From: Phoronis australis
Lineage: Eukaryota; Animalia; Phoronida
Reading direction: 5' to 3'
DNA: 64,000 nt
Assembly: GCA_002633005.1 (NCBI GenBank)
Contig: NMRA01000835.1
Span: 1 to 64,000 of the forward strand
Shown: one piece after another, positions 26,801 to 40,363 of the stretch
How positions within the stretch are numbered: the stretch's first letter is position 1
How the letters are laid out: every line of letters begins with the position of its first letter
Translations under genes and position numbers: made by a program
Notes under the pieces: model-generated
What the model was told of the DNA's origin: nothing
The model's database searches: none
The model's input: only the letters and a program-made list of their open reading frames with translations

Positions 26801-29800
26801 AATCACTTGCAGAGCGGGGATTTTTATTCTTTTTTAAAATAAAAAGCTGATATTAAAATATCAGTTACACACGTTATTTCGTTCGTTCATCGTCACTTCG
26901 TTGTTTAGTAGATTCAGTCGGCTATCGCGCTCACAAAAATGATAAACACGACGTTCACTTTGACGTGGCTAATATTGCGTGTGGCGATTGTGCAGTTTAA
27001 ATCAGTTATAGATCCTGTTATTGGCGTTAAATATCAGTTGTTAAAGACATCAAACTCGCTTGCAAAGTATTCTGTTGTTCTTAATGGTGTTTTCTTTTAC
27101 TAGGCTAATAAAAAATGAAGCGGCCATAAACACGCCATCCCCCCACAAAAGTACTTTTTTTGATTAAGCTCCGTTCGTGTCAAAATCCTCATGGGCTTTT
27201 AAATTTTTGAGAGTTTGTTGCCACCCGAGAACAAGCTCTACAAGATGGGTTGCTACGTCGCCCTATCAATTCATGCGTCGAGCATGGTCTCAGCGGTCAC
27301 CAATTGAATTTTTTCAAAGTCCAAACGCCACTCGTCACCTGAAATAGTTTTATGGTTGTAAGTTGTCTAAACTGAATGTAAGTTTCTTTGGTGAACAGTA
27401 AGAATGTAGCCGCTTTAAAATTGTATTTTCATTTGAAGAACTCAAAGAGCGTACTCGTATTACTGCATTTCTTTTCTTGACAAAACAAATATTTAGAACC
27501 CCCGCTTGGGGAAAATATATCTAACTAACGCATCAAGCCCGGAATTTAATGCATAATTATGGCGTACACGAGATAACCATTTTGTATTGTTTCTGTTTAG
27601 TTCGTTAATTCCTTTCAATAGAGTGCAGTTAAACGTTAATTTAACACTATCAAAAGCCAATCTGTGGGGAATTGTGGGGGAAACGCACGTCACTGAGCAT
27701 TTACGCTGATGGATGGTGCGCCTTTAAAACCGATGTCGTCACGAACGTGATACAAGGTTGGTTTTCCTTTCACTCGCGTGATGTGCTCGCGGGGCACCCT
27801 GTGGAGACTTACCTGGAAACCATTGTTTTACGTGCAGAATCGTAAAATAATGTGTTTATTGGATAACGATAAAGGAAATAATCTCCCAGATTGTTATCTG
27901 AAAATAAGTGCATTTTGCGGTGGTGTTGATCGCTTTTCGCGTTTACGGGCACAAGTTCACAGATAGTTAGTGAAAAACATAAACGATTTAATGAAAACAA
28001 AATTGAGCGATTTCTTGATGTGTTCTGGGAAATACGTGGAAATATTGCGCAGTAGTGGCTTTCCCCATTGTTGCCGGGCGTACATTAACGTAGGCATACA
28101 GGTGGTTAAATCAAAAACTTTCATCTGTTACGGGATGCATTCAGTTGCAACAGAGGTGAAATTTTCATTTTTTGCTACTGGATGTCTGAAAACGTTCTAA
28201 TAATGTAAAGCTTTTTCTTTTAAATAATCAAATTGCTAAGATCAAACACAGTGTACTGTGTCGAAGGAGTCCTCAATGTGGAAATATTGAAACATTTCAA
28301 TTATACAAGGACATCGATCTAGGAAAAGACGTCTTTTGCCATTGGGAAATTGTGCGTGAAATTCGGGGAACTATATGACTTGAATAACTTCAAAGCAGTT
28401 TTATGTTTCTGAATCTCTAACAAGTAGCTGAAGTGTTTTAAACTTTATCCTGTACTACACAACAGATTCACAGAGGTGGAGCCCTCTTCTCACCAAGTGA
28501 ATACAAGTAATTTTCTCACAATACCTTCTTGACAAGTCCATTACCATCTCTCTTGAGTGGTTTATAGGAACTGCACAAGTGTTAAAGAGCTTAACAGTAA
28601 CTGTACATATGTTGTGTTCATTAAAACTTGCTTCAACTTGTGATAAATGTACAAGTAACAAGTATCACTCAGACGCACATTATGTTATCTACAGCAGAGG
28701 ATTATTGTGAATGTGTTTGATGGACGTCATTAATTGACGTGTTGTTACCAGAACAGGTATCGTTAAAAGGCTGTGTATCTTATGCCGCTTTAATTGTATG
28801 CATATTAATCATGAAACAAATTAACTGTTTTCAAAATTGAAGTAGTGGTAACTAAACTGAGAAGTCGTATACCGACGACAGACAGTGGAGTAAATGACGG
28901 AAATGTGCAATAATCAACGTACCATGTATATCAGTTTACTAAATGTCGATGAGGTTGTTTCACATTTTAGTCATTCCCCCCACCCCTGCCTGGTTTTAAA
29001 TAGACCGTTCATGCTAGTCTTTTTGAGCATTTTTGTAAACTCTTGCAAATTAGTTATAGCATGAAAGCAAAAAACTGCGTAATTCTTTGCCGTGTTCACA
29101 CACTAGAGGAACAATTTTGCGGGAAACAAACAATATACTTGCATGAACGGAGTTAATGTAATCCGTGTTCCACCTTATCAACAGATATTGACCACGAACA
29201 AATCACATTAAAGTGTTTAAACAAAGTTACTCTCAAAAGTTCAGCAAAACTACTAGTAAAGACTTGTAAAGTGGTTATCTTGTGTAATTGACTCTTCGGG
29301 AGGGTTAGTCGTCGGCTCTGCACCTTCAACCGAGGCAACCACTTTTGAGGCAGAGTGAAAAAGTCTTTTAGTTGAATAAAGAGTTAATCACTTATTGGAG
29401 GCACCAATTGTGTAGAAACAACAGATCTAGCCATTTTGAGGAAATCACTAAACAGTGGCGGATTTAGAGGGGGGCCAAGGGGGCCATGCAACTCTTAAAA
29501 TTATCCCAGATTACATTTGGCAGTTCCAAGGTGCGAATGTCTGATGGCCAAAATCCTGACTAATACTCTTCCCTGCCCCCCCCCCCNNNNNNNNNNNNNN
29601 NNNNNNNNNNNNNNNNNNNNNNNNNNNNNNNNNNNNNNNNNNNNNNNNNNNNNNNNNCCGTTCATGCTAGTCTTTTTGAGCATTTTTGTAAACTCTTGCA
29701 AATTAGTTATAGCATGAAAGCAAAAAACTGCGTAATTCTTTGCTGTGTTCACACACTAGAGGAACAATTTTGCGGGAAACAAACAATATACTTGCATGAA

Positions 29801-32589
29801 CGGAGTTAACGTAATCCGTGTTCCACCTTATCAACAGATATTGACCACGAACAAATCACATTAAAATGTTTAAACAAAGTTACTCTCAAAAGTTCAGCAA
29901 AACTACTAGTAAAGACTTGTAAAGTGGTTATCTTGTGTAATTGACTCTTTGGGCGGGTTAGTCGTCGGCTCTGCACCTTCAACCGAGAAAAAGTCTTTTA
30001 GTTGAATAAAGAGTTAATCACTTATTGGAGGCACCAATTGTGTAGAAACAACAGATCTAGCCATTTTGAGGAAATCACTAAACAGTGGCGGATTTAGAGG
30101 GGGGCCAAGGGGGCCATGCAACCCTTAAAATTATCCCAGATTACATTTGGCAGTTCCAAGGTGCGAATGTCTGATGGCCAAAATCCTGACTAATACTCTT
30201 CCCTGCCCCCCCAACTGAAAATCCTGGATCCGCCTCTGCCAAAGCACGCTTTATTATTATTAAAATGACATTGTGTGCGAAAGAAATTGAAACCACGACT
30301 TCAGAGGTCGCTTTCAAACGTTCTGCTGGCTCGATAAATGGTATTTTATGCGCATTTCCCTTGTAAAGTCGCAGGTCTTGATTTAATAAAAGCACAAAGA
30401 CACAACGGATGTTGTTTTAAGCCCCTGGTCAAAGCTGATAACTTAAACATATTTATGCCATCCAAAATATTACAAAAATGCATTTTCAACCGTAAGATCG
30501 ATTATGTCCCTTTAACCAGGGGTCCGGCAACATGTATTTTATGAAAAGTGGCTTAAGACCTTAGTGAGATGTTTGGCGTTGGGAACATTGACGTGTCCCG
30601 CGCTACATCGGTTGAAAGCGCCATCTGTTCCCTGCATGAACTATAGGTGAAGTTCGACGAATACTAACACACTTATACAGTGACTTGAAGCTAACTGTCG
30701 TATCTACATTTTTGTAAACATCGATAAAAACACGGACAAAATACCGTTACACTGAGAAAATGTCAACCGTATCGATAACTCTTATTGGGTGTGCAACCTA
30801 AGCCTGTGTACCATTTTGTTCACCTTCATATATAACTAACAAATGGAGATGTGTGTAGCCAGCAGTTTGAGAACAGGTGTCGATAAATCTCATCATCAAA
30901 CCCAAGGCAACGGGGAACTGCACTGAATAAAGCCTATCGTATAATTTACCATAATGTTAGGAAATAAACACTCATCACCAGGCAAACATTGGCAATGAAA
31001 GTACAATTTTACATTGATCAAAAACGAAAATTGTGCAGCAATACCAGTCCTTAGCCAACGATGGAACAGATGTATTATGCCTCATAATTGAATGGCGGAC
31101 GATAAGTTCCGATTTTTGATTTTTTTGATTTCCTCTAGATGGCAGTGCACGTCTTTTCCTTCGCTGTGCACTGAGGCCAGATGTAAGCCAACCTGGTAAT
31201 GACATTTCTGTCGGTTTTCACAAAGGTACAAGTTGTGAATGGCATGAGAGCGTATAGGTCGATATGCGTGTACTATTTATTACAGAGGATATATACGTTA
31301 ATGGTTTGAAATTACTAATAACGAGGATTTTTCATTAAAGGCACGCTAGTTATTTTAACTTACAAAAGACAAGTCCGTTGTACCGTTAATAACAATCCCT
31401 GAAGTAGAGGGGGTAATCATTTTAAGAGCAAAAATCAAGCGAACCAACTTATATGTACAAGAACTACGCCTACGACTGTCTTCCGTAGTTCGAAGACACT
31501 CGCGAAAACACATGCTTACGTGTTCCAGTTGCAAGGCATGGCGAAAGCTCGCTAAGAAATGTGGGATCTCGCTTTTCTTGCAAGAAACTTGGTCTACACC
31601 CGGGGCGAAGTCGTGTACATTGGTGTTGATTGCTGTGTCGGGAATTGATAACTATCAAAGTTCCAGTAAAATCCTTAGCACAAGATGTGCTGGTATGTGC
31701 TCTCTGGGCGTTGCTAGATTCAAAACCAAAGCCACTGGCAGTCAATGCGATGCCTACTTGTAGCCAATGACGGCCATAGGTAAAACTAGTATTTTCATTA
31801 AGCGAGGAATGGAAATAACCTCATTTCCTGCCATCACAGTTTTGAATCACTAATCACCTGGTCGTCAAGGAAAAAGATTTATCTGATGCTTTTCTTCAAA
31901 ACTCCAGTGACAAGTCAGTCTTCCCCTGGTACAGTACACAATAACGCGAATGGACGATCATACGCGCATGTCAAACATCTTTCATTATTGTTTATACAGT
32001 GAGATCAGCACTGGGGATTTATAAAACCCCGGGGTGTAGTTGTTGATTGTTTATTGCGAGCTACAAGGCCACATTATACCTTTCTGCCGGATGTCATAGA
32101 TCCTTGACAGATATTCGATGACATTCTGAGTATGACGTAACAACTAATGTTATCCGCAAACAAAACAGAAGATCGTTGGGCTTCGCGGGTGTAGTGACCT
32201 CGCGTGGCAAGACTTTAAACTACGTCAAACGCTAGACACACCGCACTGCGTGAAGCACGCGCCAACTGCTTGCATTTTGAGATGGTTCAATAGTTCAGAT
32301 GTCCGTCATGTACCAGGATCGAGTCTCAGCTCCCGGGATCATCGTGTCCCATGACTGTAGTCGATCCGCCCCAACATGAACTATCAAGTTATTAAGATGA
32401 ACGCAAAATCATCGACCACCTACCGTAATTCACAAGGTCTTCCAAACTTTCATCTTTCTCTTCTGCATCGTCCGCTCGGGATTCGCTGCAGTGTCTAATA
32501 CCTAGTATAGCGTCAATAGTGTGGCGAGGGGTCGCCACCGTAGGTCCACTCTGCGCACCTAAGCCCCCTGTTTTTTCCTCGTGGTGCAT
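14554..32589 (-). CDS. Rx: Retinal homeobox protein Rx/Rax (paired-like Q50 homeodomain), 4 coding exons, 281 aa
   Basis: Exons 32589-32424, 25367-25126, 16308-16194, 14876-14554 join in frame with GT-AG sites (846 nt). Octapeptide HTIDAILG, homeodomain [49 protein letters not shown]|[15 protein letters not shown], Rx motif LPLDPW, OAR motif [15 protein letters not shown]. Confidence 0.97.
15194..15333. mobile_element. Small inverted-repeat element (MITE-like) in Rx intron 3
   Basis: GTTCAGTAACGCTAGGACCT at left vs AGGTCCTAGCGTCTACTGAAC at right (near reverse complements). Confidence 0.55.
15711..15880. mobile_element. Short GGCGGATC/T-type MITE
   Basis: GGCGGATCCAGGATTTTGAGTTAGGGGG ... CCCTTAAATTCGCTTCTG; the left end matches the reverse complement of 9343-9376 and resembles 30083-30238. 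Confidence 0.6.
16194..16308 (-). CDS. Rx: Rx exon 3 (homeodomain helix 3)
   Basis: tttcag|[38 protein letters not shown]|gtaagc; intron at the conserved paired-class position between homeodomain codons 46 and 47. Confidence 0.96.
16658..16945. repeat. (TAA/TGA)n trinucleotide microsatellite, probably an expanded retroposon tail
   Basis: About 290 bp of TAA/TGA/CAA repeats, preceded on the - strand by an AT-rich segment with a GAGGAT...ATCCTC stem. Confidence 0.85.
17380..17615 (-). repeat. Dispersed repeat with tRNA-like A/B boxes; second copy at 39133-39360 (+)
   Basis: On - strand TGTGGCCTAGTGGGATAA ... GGGTTCTAGCTCCTCAGCTCGG; the same blocks, including ACGTGGGACCTTAT, recur at 39133-39360. 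Confidence 0.65.
18031..19026. mobile_element. ~1-kb MITE, copy 2 (Rx intron 2; contains N gap)
   Basis: Same TIRs and body as 2338-3334; 5-bp TSD TCATC at 18026-18030 and 19027-19031. Confidence 0.88.
25126..25367 (-). CDS. Rx: Rx exon 2 (homeodomain helices 1-2)
   Basis: ttctag|ESQHSPVST...[49 protein letters not shown]|gtaaat. Confidence 0.96.
29005..30212. repeat. ~580-bp direct duplication across an N gap (probable assembly/allelic overlap)
   Basis: 29005-29586 is repeated at 29658-30212 with a few substitutions and one short indel. Confidence 0.85.
30083..30238. mobile_element. 156-bp MITE with CAGTGGCGGAT...ATCCGCCTCTG termini
   Basis: Imperfect TIRs; flanks CTAAA / CCAAA (5 bp, 1 mismatch). 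Confidence 0.7.
32424..32589 (-). CDS. Rx: Rx exon 1 (start codon, octapeptide)
   Basis: aaaATG start; MHHEEK...RHTIDAILG...LVNY|gtaggt; phase 1 matches exon 2. Confidence 0.9.
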
Positions 32590-32947
32590 TTTGACAGTTA
32601 TTCCGATAGCAAAGGGATCTGACGATTATTGAAACACTCTCGTGGTTTTACAGAACTTCTATTCTTTTGTGTACCGAAGTCAACTCTGGGTGTCAGAATG
32701 CGTCATCCGTGCTTGAAGATTCCCTCAAAAGTTGACCACGTATCTGAAGGTATTTGTGTGTGATAACTCTCGTGTTATTATTTATACTCGCGCACGGATA
32801 TACAACAGACGCGGTTAATTGACTATATATTCCAAAAATTCGTACACGGCTTCTTGTGCGTCCTAGACTACTAAATAATTGATGACAACGAAGCAGACTT
32901 TTTTGTAACGGTAAAATCACCAGTTCGAGCTGTTAAGATGTCATCTA

Positions 32948-33089
32948 TATTTATACCAATTCCACAAAAAGAGATAAATACGAAATTTAAGAAACGTGGT
33001 AACCAGCTTTAATGATGGAGGCGTTTCTTCACAGACACACGATACCACTACGTCGAACGGTTCAACCAATCAGAAGACGACACTAATTA
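32948..33089 (-). promoter_or_regulatory. Candidate Rx core promoter (TATA, CCAAT, TAATTA)
   Basis: TATAAATA on - strand at 32955-32948, CCAAT 33066-33070, TAATTA 33084-33089, 360-500 bp upstream of the ATG. Confidence 0.4.
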
Positions 33090-36000
33090 GGGGCTTTCAA
33101 TGACACACTTGCCAATAAATCGAAGACGTGTCTTTAATTTCACTCTTGTAAACGTTAGTAATTTTACAGATTTGCTTTGTGACCAATGCAATTAATTCTC
33201 ATAGAACCGACGGTGAAAAGAATCAGTGAATCTATCAATTATACCTATTCACTGGTGTTAAAAGTTAAACAATTAGTTGAAATTAAATTGTTGCTCAATA
33301 ATTATATTCGTAATTATATTCATTATGAGCGACCTTCAAATTATGATCTCAAAGAAGATTGGCTACGTTATATAGTTTATTATAGATGGTCATTAATCAC
33401 GGGGCGATTTGCAATTTTGTGAAATTGTAATAAATTAATTTAATTTAGTTCACATTAGCTCGATAGATAATCTTGAGCTATTTTATTGATCAATTAGACC
33501 TCGTGCGTAATGCCCTGTTAAATTGAGTACATCGTGTCGCTATTAAACCAGGCTTTTAAAATTAAAAATAGCACTGACAAACCATTGATAACTATACATC
33601 CACATGTACTAGGTCATTTTTGTACAGTAGAACTTTCAAATAAGCTCAGATTTCAACACCGTTGACACGTAAATGTAATGTTAAATTAAAATTTTCCTAA
33701 AACATATCGTGTTGATTTTTGTCAGATTTTTTCCCTATATGCCATTTTGTCACGTTACACGTGAATTTTAGAATAAATATCTTACCCACAGTTACCGAAT
33801 ATCAAAGGATAGCATAATAACGCAGGTTTCATTCCATTTCAACTAACCTAATATACACGAATTACGTGAAATATCGCCCACTGCAATAACGCAACTTCGT
33901 TGTGAATTATTGAACTGGCAAGCATTACTTACCTTGGTGTTAATCTTGCAACTAAGTAAAACTACTGAGGTGTGGTATTTATAAAACAGGACATTGCTTG
34001 ATATATTAATGTTTTCCTCCGTTTGCGGCGTGTTTTCACTGTGAGTAAAGTCGCGGTGAAAATGAGTCAAACAACGTGACTGAATTTGCAGGAATTTATC
34101 TGAACATTATTACCATGTTATAAGGTTATTCTCATTTTTTTGTTTTGTAAAAAGTATCCTGGTATATATTTTGTCTCAAAATTGACTCAGTCCTTCGAAT
34201 AGCCCACGGATGACAATTAAGAAATTTTCAGCAAAATATCATGGAAATTATACCGTTTACGAAATATAAAGCATTGTACATTTTTGTTCACTTCTGTTGG
34301 TGTTACTGCAAAGCGGGAATCCGAATGCGATTTGTAAGACCCCCTGCTGTTTCCAACGTGATAGGCGACCTCAAATTAACACAAGATTATGCAAGGAGAT
34401 GACGGTTTTGTCTCACTTCCCCTGATCAGTTGGGAAAGTCTCCCGTGGACTTTCAGCGTAAGGATAAATACCGCATTGCGAACACAAGAAGTGCCTTAAG
34501 TTCATTCTGTAGGTCTTACAGTTTCAGCTAGTACACAATTGACGGTCCCTTTTCAAATAAACGCCAATTAACCTTCGCGTCGAGAAAGAATTAAAAATTA
34601 ATCGTGCAAACACTAATGGTCCTGAAAACTAATATTCTTATTGTAGAGGTGAAAAGGCTCGTTTAATTAGTCTAACTAATCCATTGCAATTGATTTGTAA
34701 CAGTAAACAGGTGAAACCAAGCAGAGGTCGGGCACACTTCTGACTGTGTTCAAACGGAGGGGTCGGAAAGGCCAGCTAGGCCAGGGTCGAACAGGGCGTT
34801 AATCTGGAGCGCTGGGGAGCCACCTTTCATGTTAACGTGAATCTTTAAATCGGTTGTCGAGTAATGTTATCTAATTTTTAACGTTGCTTGCCAGTATATC
34901 TCATTTTTACCAGAAAAGAGACAATTACTGAGTCATGCTTTATGAACTATGATTTAGCTAACTTAATGCAATAAACTAGTTTTAAAAATTGCCAGTAATG
35001 AGTGATCACATGTTTTAGTCTCCTTTGTGGAAACTGTCTCGACCCTTGACGGGTCTCATGTCATATTTCCGCTAGTGTTGGGAGGCCTAAGAGGATTATT
35101 TTTATAAGAAATTCGTATAATTTAAGAGGATTTATCAAATTTGAGTTACCATCCAATTAAATGCAACTTCTGTTTCGTATTCATGCTAGATTGACACGCA
35201 ATTAATATAACTAAAGGTATGACTGCTCGACTGACGCGCTGATGCAGAGGCATACTTGAGTAATGAACATGGGAGCGAGAAATGAGAATACATGTATGAC
35301 CACTGATTTGAACACTATAAGAAACGGGTCAAATTTTTATTTTCAAAGAGAAAAGTCAGCAGCATTAGCATACAGGTGAACTAACGGTAATTTAACCCCT
35401 CTGTGAACAGTAGTAATATTGGATTTTTGTGAATCTGAGGTCGGATTATTGGGAACGAACTGACCATTGAAAAGTGAATGTGCACGTTTAGCGTGTGCTA
35501 TAAGTAATGTGAAAGAAATAAGCCGCAAATAGCTCCCTGTCAAAGGTTTAATCTCATGAACATGGACTTTGTAAACATTTCAGCAAACAAGGCATTTTTA
35601 AAATGTGGTAGGCCTTCTAATACAATGATGATGAAAAGTCAGTCCGTGTGAAACTGTCAGCACAGATTTAAAAATCGACAACGTCCTCCTGGTGAAAGTT
35701 TTAAATTCTCAACTAAGAAAGGGTTTTTACTTGCTAAATAAACTTCCGAACAAGCGATTTAAAATGCATGCATTGTAGGGTCTAGGCTCAACCAGGCCAG
35801 GGTGCATGCGGAACCAGACCCGTCCGCTGGCATCATATGACACGAGTGACAGGCCTCGTCGCCGCTCTCTGACATGGGGTTGGAAGAGATAAAGCCGCCC
35901 ACTTGTCTACACTGCCGTCTGATCCTGAGGCGAACGGATTTATAATGACCGCAGTTTTAGTAGTGAATAACGTCCAATTAATACTCTACTTTAATAGCGT

Positions 36001-39000
36001 GGTAGTCACAGACTTATGAACAGGTCTTGTGGAAATAATGAAGTGTTCCATGCGTCCAAGCGTTGTAACGCCTTGTGATCGAGACATTTGAGCGAAGCAG
36101 AATGCAAAACTGTTGTGAACAGTTTAGTTGGGCTATAATGGGGAGACCACTAGAACCTCTTCAATTATAGGTGATAATTTTGAATGTTGACAAACACTGA
36201 TTTCTCAAGGGTGTGAGCATAATATTGTTGAACAAATCGAGGGAATAGAAACAGGAATTTTAACTAAATTTTAAAATATTATGTTGTTAAAAGACGTTAT
36301 TTTGAAATTATTCGAGATGTTTTACGTAACAATAAACATGCAGGAAATTTTTCGACTGGTGACGTCTTGAGATAAAAGGACAAATGCACACAAACACTCA
36401 CTAACTGAAAGAGTTTTTAGTGAATTCTTCGCGACCACGAAACAACTTTGTGTCACTTTGTAGCGTTTGACTCCATCATGACGGGTCGTCATGTATCGAC
36501 CTACAACAGCTGCACTTGGTAGTACAAAACTGCCACTCAGACAACTGTCAAGAGAATGTCAACACGTCGAATAATGCTGGAGGGCCCAACGAATATAAAA
36601 GCCTACAATTTTAATCAGCAAAAAATGGAGCCACTATAATCATGTTGTCCGAATTACACGCTCCATTACACTCATTCAAAAATCGTGTCGCCTTGTGTTA
36701 GGCCTCTTTAGTTTGTTTAAAATATCAAAACATGACTGCGCGTTACTGAATTTACAGACAGAAAATTGAAAATTAAAAGCTGACTTCTTAACACGATTAC
36801 TCCCGGCTTGCGGTGATTAGGCATTGGAGGACTATTTTTGTTGTCAGTCGTGGCATAAGGCGGAAGGCTTGGTTTTCGTCCGGCGCCACTCGTGATCTCG
36901 GACGGTACTTTTCACAGCTAGCTGCCGCGAGCCAATTGGTTTAGGGAAACAGTTTGAAAGGGAAATTACTATAAATTTACAGTCTAGTAATGATCGTAAT
37001 TTACGAGATTATGAACTTGTTAAAATAAAATTTTCCTCCGATAAATATTTAATTTCATTTAATTGTGTAGTCAGGTACACACGGGACATTATTTGCCAAC
37101 CGGTGAATGTGGTGTTCCGCGACATAAATTAACGCCACCGCGACACATATTTAACCAATGCTAAACAAAATTTAACGATATTTGTAGAACCCAAATAATG
37201 CTTTATACGATTACATAAGACCACGAAAATAACATAATCTTTTCAACTCGTTGGAGTAATGTATTGAAGAAGTTAACAGCACTCAGTGTAACAGCAGGGC
37301 GCATGTTTTAGAAACATTTATTACAAATGTTGCATGCAGCGCCGCTGTTCTTACCCTTGGCAGACTCTAGTACTTACGCTGAAAAGACGACGGTCTGTTA
37401 CATGATAAACTAGCAGTGCGCTTTGGAATATTTCAAAACTTGAGAATCGAATTTTTAATTGTATTCTGTCACGATTTGTCCCTGCATTAACCAACGGAGC
37501 ATTTTGCAACTTTTCTAAGTTCACATGATTAATTATGGAAAAATGCCTCCTTTTATTTTAGCCATTGAGTAACTTTAAAATTCGACCAACGGTGAGAGAC
37601 GAAAACGATTTCCCACAATCCTTTGGTTTCCTTCCAAAGAGGGGAGCGATGTTCATGAGTGTGGTTGCTGTGTTGTTGCCACTCACAGAAAATGCGCGGA
37701 AATAAAAGCAGGGTGTCAGGGGAAATTATTACAGGTGTCTGTTTACTTGCTACAAAAAATTCACGACGCTGAGCCGCCTTGCCGAATAGGTCTACTTAGT
37801 CTTTCTAATGATTTTCTTATAAAAACATGTATGGCATTTATTTTAAAAAAGCGTTAACCGCCGCTTTCGTCTTTCATCGCGGTGTTGGCCTCCTCGCGTT
37901 GGTGCATGCCCCTGGAATGATCCGTGGCGACCACGGCCTCAGAGAAGCGTCCCTTCGTGCCGTGATCCACCCTACTGCGAGACGTCATCCGCTGTTTGCG
38001 CTGAGGATCTGGCGGAGATAATGCCGGGATAAATGCGAGCTTTTAATTTTGGATATTAATCTATTACTAAATAACGCCATTAGTCAACCTAATTCACAAA
38101 CGATTTGCTAAGGAATTCAAATTACACACTGATGTAACGTATCGTCATAATTCATAGCTAATCGTTCTCATTAGAAGACACATTCAGACGGGTTAAAGGA
38201 GTCTGAAAAGATCAAAGATACGCGGTAACAAGTTAGCAGGCCCTTAGCTATTGCTGGACAATGCATAGACGACAGTCTTGAGAGTAAGATTAGCCGTAAG
38301 ACCTAATTAAAGTACTACAACATATGTTACGATTCATAATTCGCCGTAAATAGTTGTCTACATACATTGGATTCTACGACATTTTGTTGATATTATCATT
38401 TCGAAATATAGAGGCATTCGCGTTGTATAAAACCAGATCTAGAATGAAAAAATCAAATCGGATTATTCAATGATCTCGAAGGCAAGTCAGTTTTGTTCTT
38501 AGTCGTACGTGCTCTTTCTAACTTTAAAAAAAAACAACAAAACCCCAGCTATTTGTCAAAAACCAAGTTTTGATTTGAATTCTGTAAATTTTGGGCTCAT
38601 GGAACAAGCTGACGATGATCTGAAATTCTATAAGCTTGGTCAGAAAAATAACGGACTATCACAGGGCTTTTCTCTTTTAAGAGGATTTATTTCCTCTTTT
38701 TTGGTTTCGATTTCCTCTTATATGATTTCCAGTTTCCCCTTTCTTCGTCTCTTTTTATCATTATTTTGACTTTATTCGTGCAAAAATGTTTATTTCAGTT
38801 AACTTTTACGACACAAAGGGTATTTCTATCACACAAACCTATTTATTTGTGGAACGATACATCACCTGAAAATTTTTTCATCTTTTTGTCGTTGATCATT
38901 CCAAAGTCTTCTACCAGTCCGTTCCGAGTTGATAGACAAAGAACAAGACAAGTGCAATTTTATAACGTTAGTAGCTTAAATCGGCACTAATAATTTTTAT

Positions 39001-39132
39001 AGAAAGCACTGGTTTAATGTCGCTTTAAATAAAATTAATTTTAAAAATACGGAGGCTCTATAAAACTCGTAGCTTCATACAATTAGTGTCGTGGAACATT
39101 TTGGTCACAGCGACTACGCCCACCTTTGTCTT

Positions 39133-39360
39133 AAAGTGAATTCAAAGTTACGTGGGACCTTATTTAAAGGTCAGAGGAGATACTGTGGCCTAGTGGGATA
39201 AATGTCCAATTCCTCTACTGGTGCACACTGCTAGGCCGTTGGCTCAGGTCTCTAGCTCCTCAGCTCGGTCTTAACTAAATATTAAGAAAGCATAAAAATG
39301 GTTCCAGATAATCAGTCAGTGGGCCCATTTGAACGCCTACTACCAGACCGCCTGCAATTA
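39133..39360 (+). repeat. Dispersed repeat with tRNA-like box, copy of 17380-17615
   Basis: AAAGTGAATT..ACGTGGGACCTTAT..TGTGGCCTAGTGGGATAA..CTAGCTCCTCAGCTCGGT..CATAAAAATGGTTCCAG..ACCGCCTGCAA shared with the other copy. Confidence 0.7.
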
Positions 39361-39713
39361 TTTTTTATTATCTGCAAGTCTGTATATATTGTTCTTTTTC
39401 TGAGGGAAATTTGAAATCGTAGTTTTCGGCATTCATTTCTCTTCAAGGCAACTGGTGCAAGAGTTCATTGACTGCCGAGAGAGAGACTAGCAATTATGGA
39501 AAATGTAACGTCGTGTTTAACATTTTTGGAAGTGGAAAACAAGACTACATCTGTACAGCATGCTTTAATTTGAACTGAAAAGAAGGACTTCTTACAAGCC
39601 TCTTTTCTTCTCGTTTCGACGTTGTACGATTGCAAAACACTTAAACTTGATCATTTCCGGTTAAACACGCCACTAAATGCAACCGAATAATTTAATTGAA
39701 ATGTTCAACACTA

Positions 39714-40363
39714 AAACCGAGACCTTCACATTTTTTAAAATGGATATTCATTCTTATAATCAGTTGTTGACGTAAGCTCGTTAGATAACGACTCTCGTTT
39801 TGGATGCCTGTGGGTTGAACCATGCAGGCTCCTAGCAGTAAGAATAAGCGTCAGAAACGAAACTGTTGTCCCCTTTGGACGACTGTTCTTATTGAGCTTT
39901 CAGCATTCTACAAGCACAAACCGGAGGTCCCGCGTAACAGATGGATATCCAGCATCGAGGTGTCAATAATCAGTCCACATCATTGTCCGGCAAACAATAT
40001 CAAGCAAAATTTTCATACCTTTGCCAGGTACACTCCTNAAACCGAGACCTTCACATTTTTTAAAATGGTTATTCATTCTTATAATCAGTTGTTGGCGTAA
40101 GCTCCATTAGATAACGACTCTCGTTTTGGATGCCTGTGGGTTGAACCATGCAGGCTCCTAGCAGTAAGAATAAGCGTCAGAAACGAAACTGTTGTCCCCT
40201 TTGGACGACTGTTCTTATTGAGCTTTCAGCATTCTACAAGCACAAACCGGAGGTCCCGCGTAACAGATGGATATCCAGCATCGAGGTGTCAATAATCAGT
40301 CCACATCATTGTCCGGCAAACAATATCAAGCAAAATTTTCATACCTTTGCCAGGTACACTCCT
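39714..40363. repeat. ~325-bp tandem duplication around a single N (probable assembly overlap)
   Basis: 39714-40037 is repeated at 40039-40363 with about 4 differences, all near the 5' end. Confidence 0.85.

Noticed and set aside
29005-30212. Real tandem duplication in Rx intron 1
   Set aside because: The copies sit on either side of an N gap and differ at allelic level; most likely uncollapsed haplotypes
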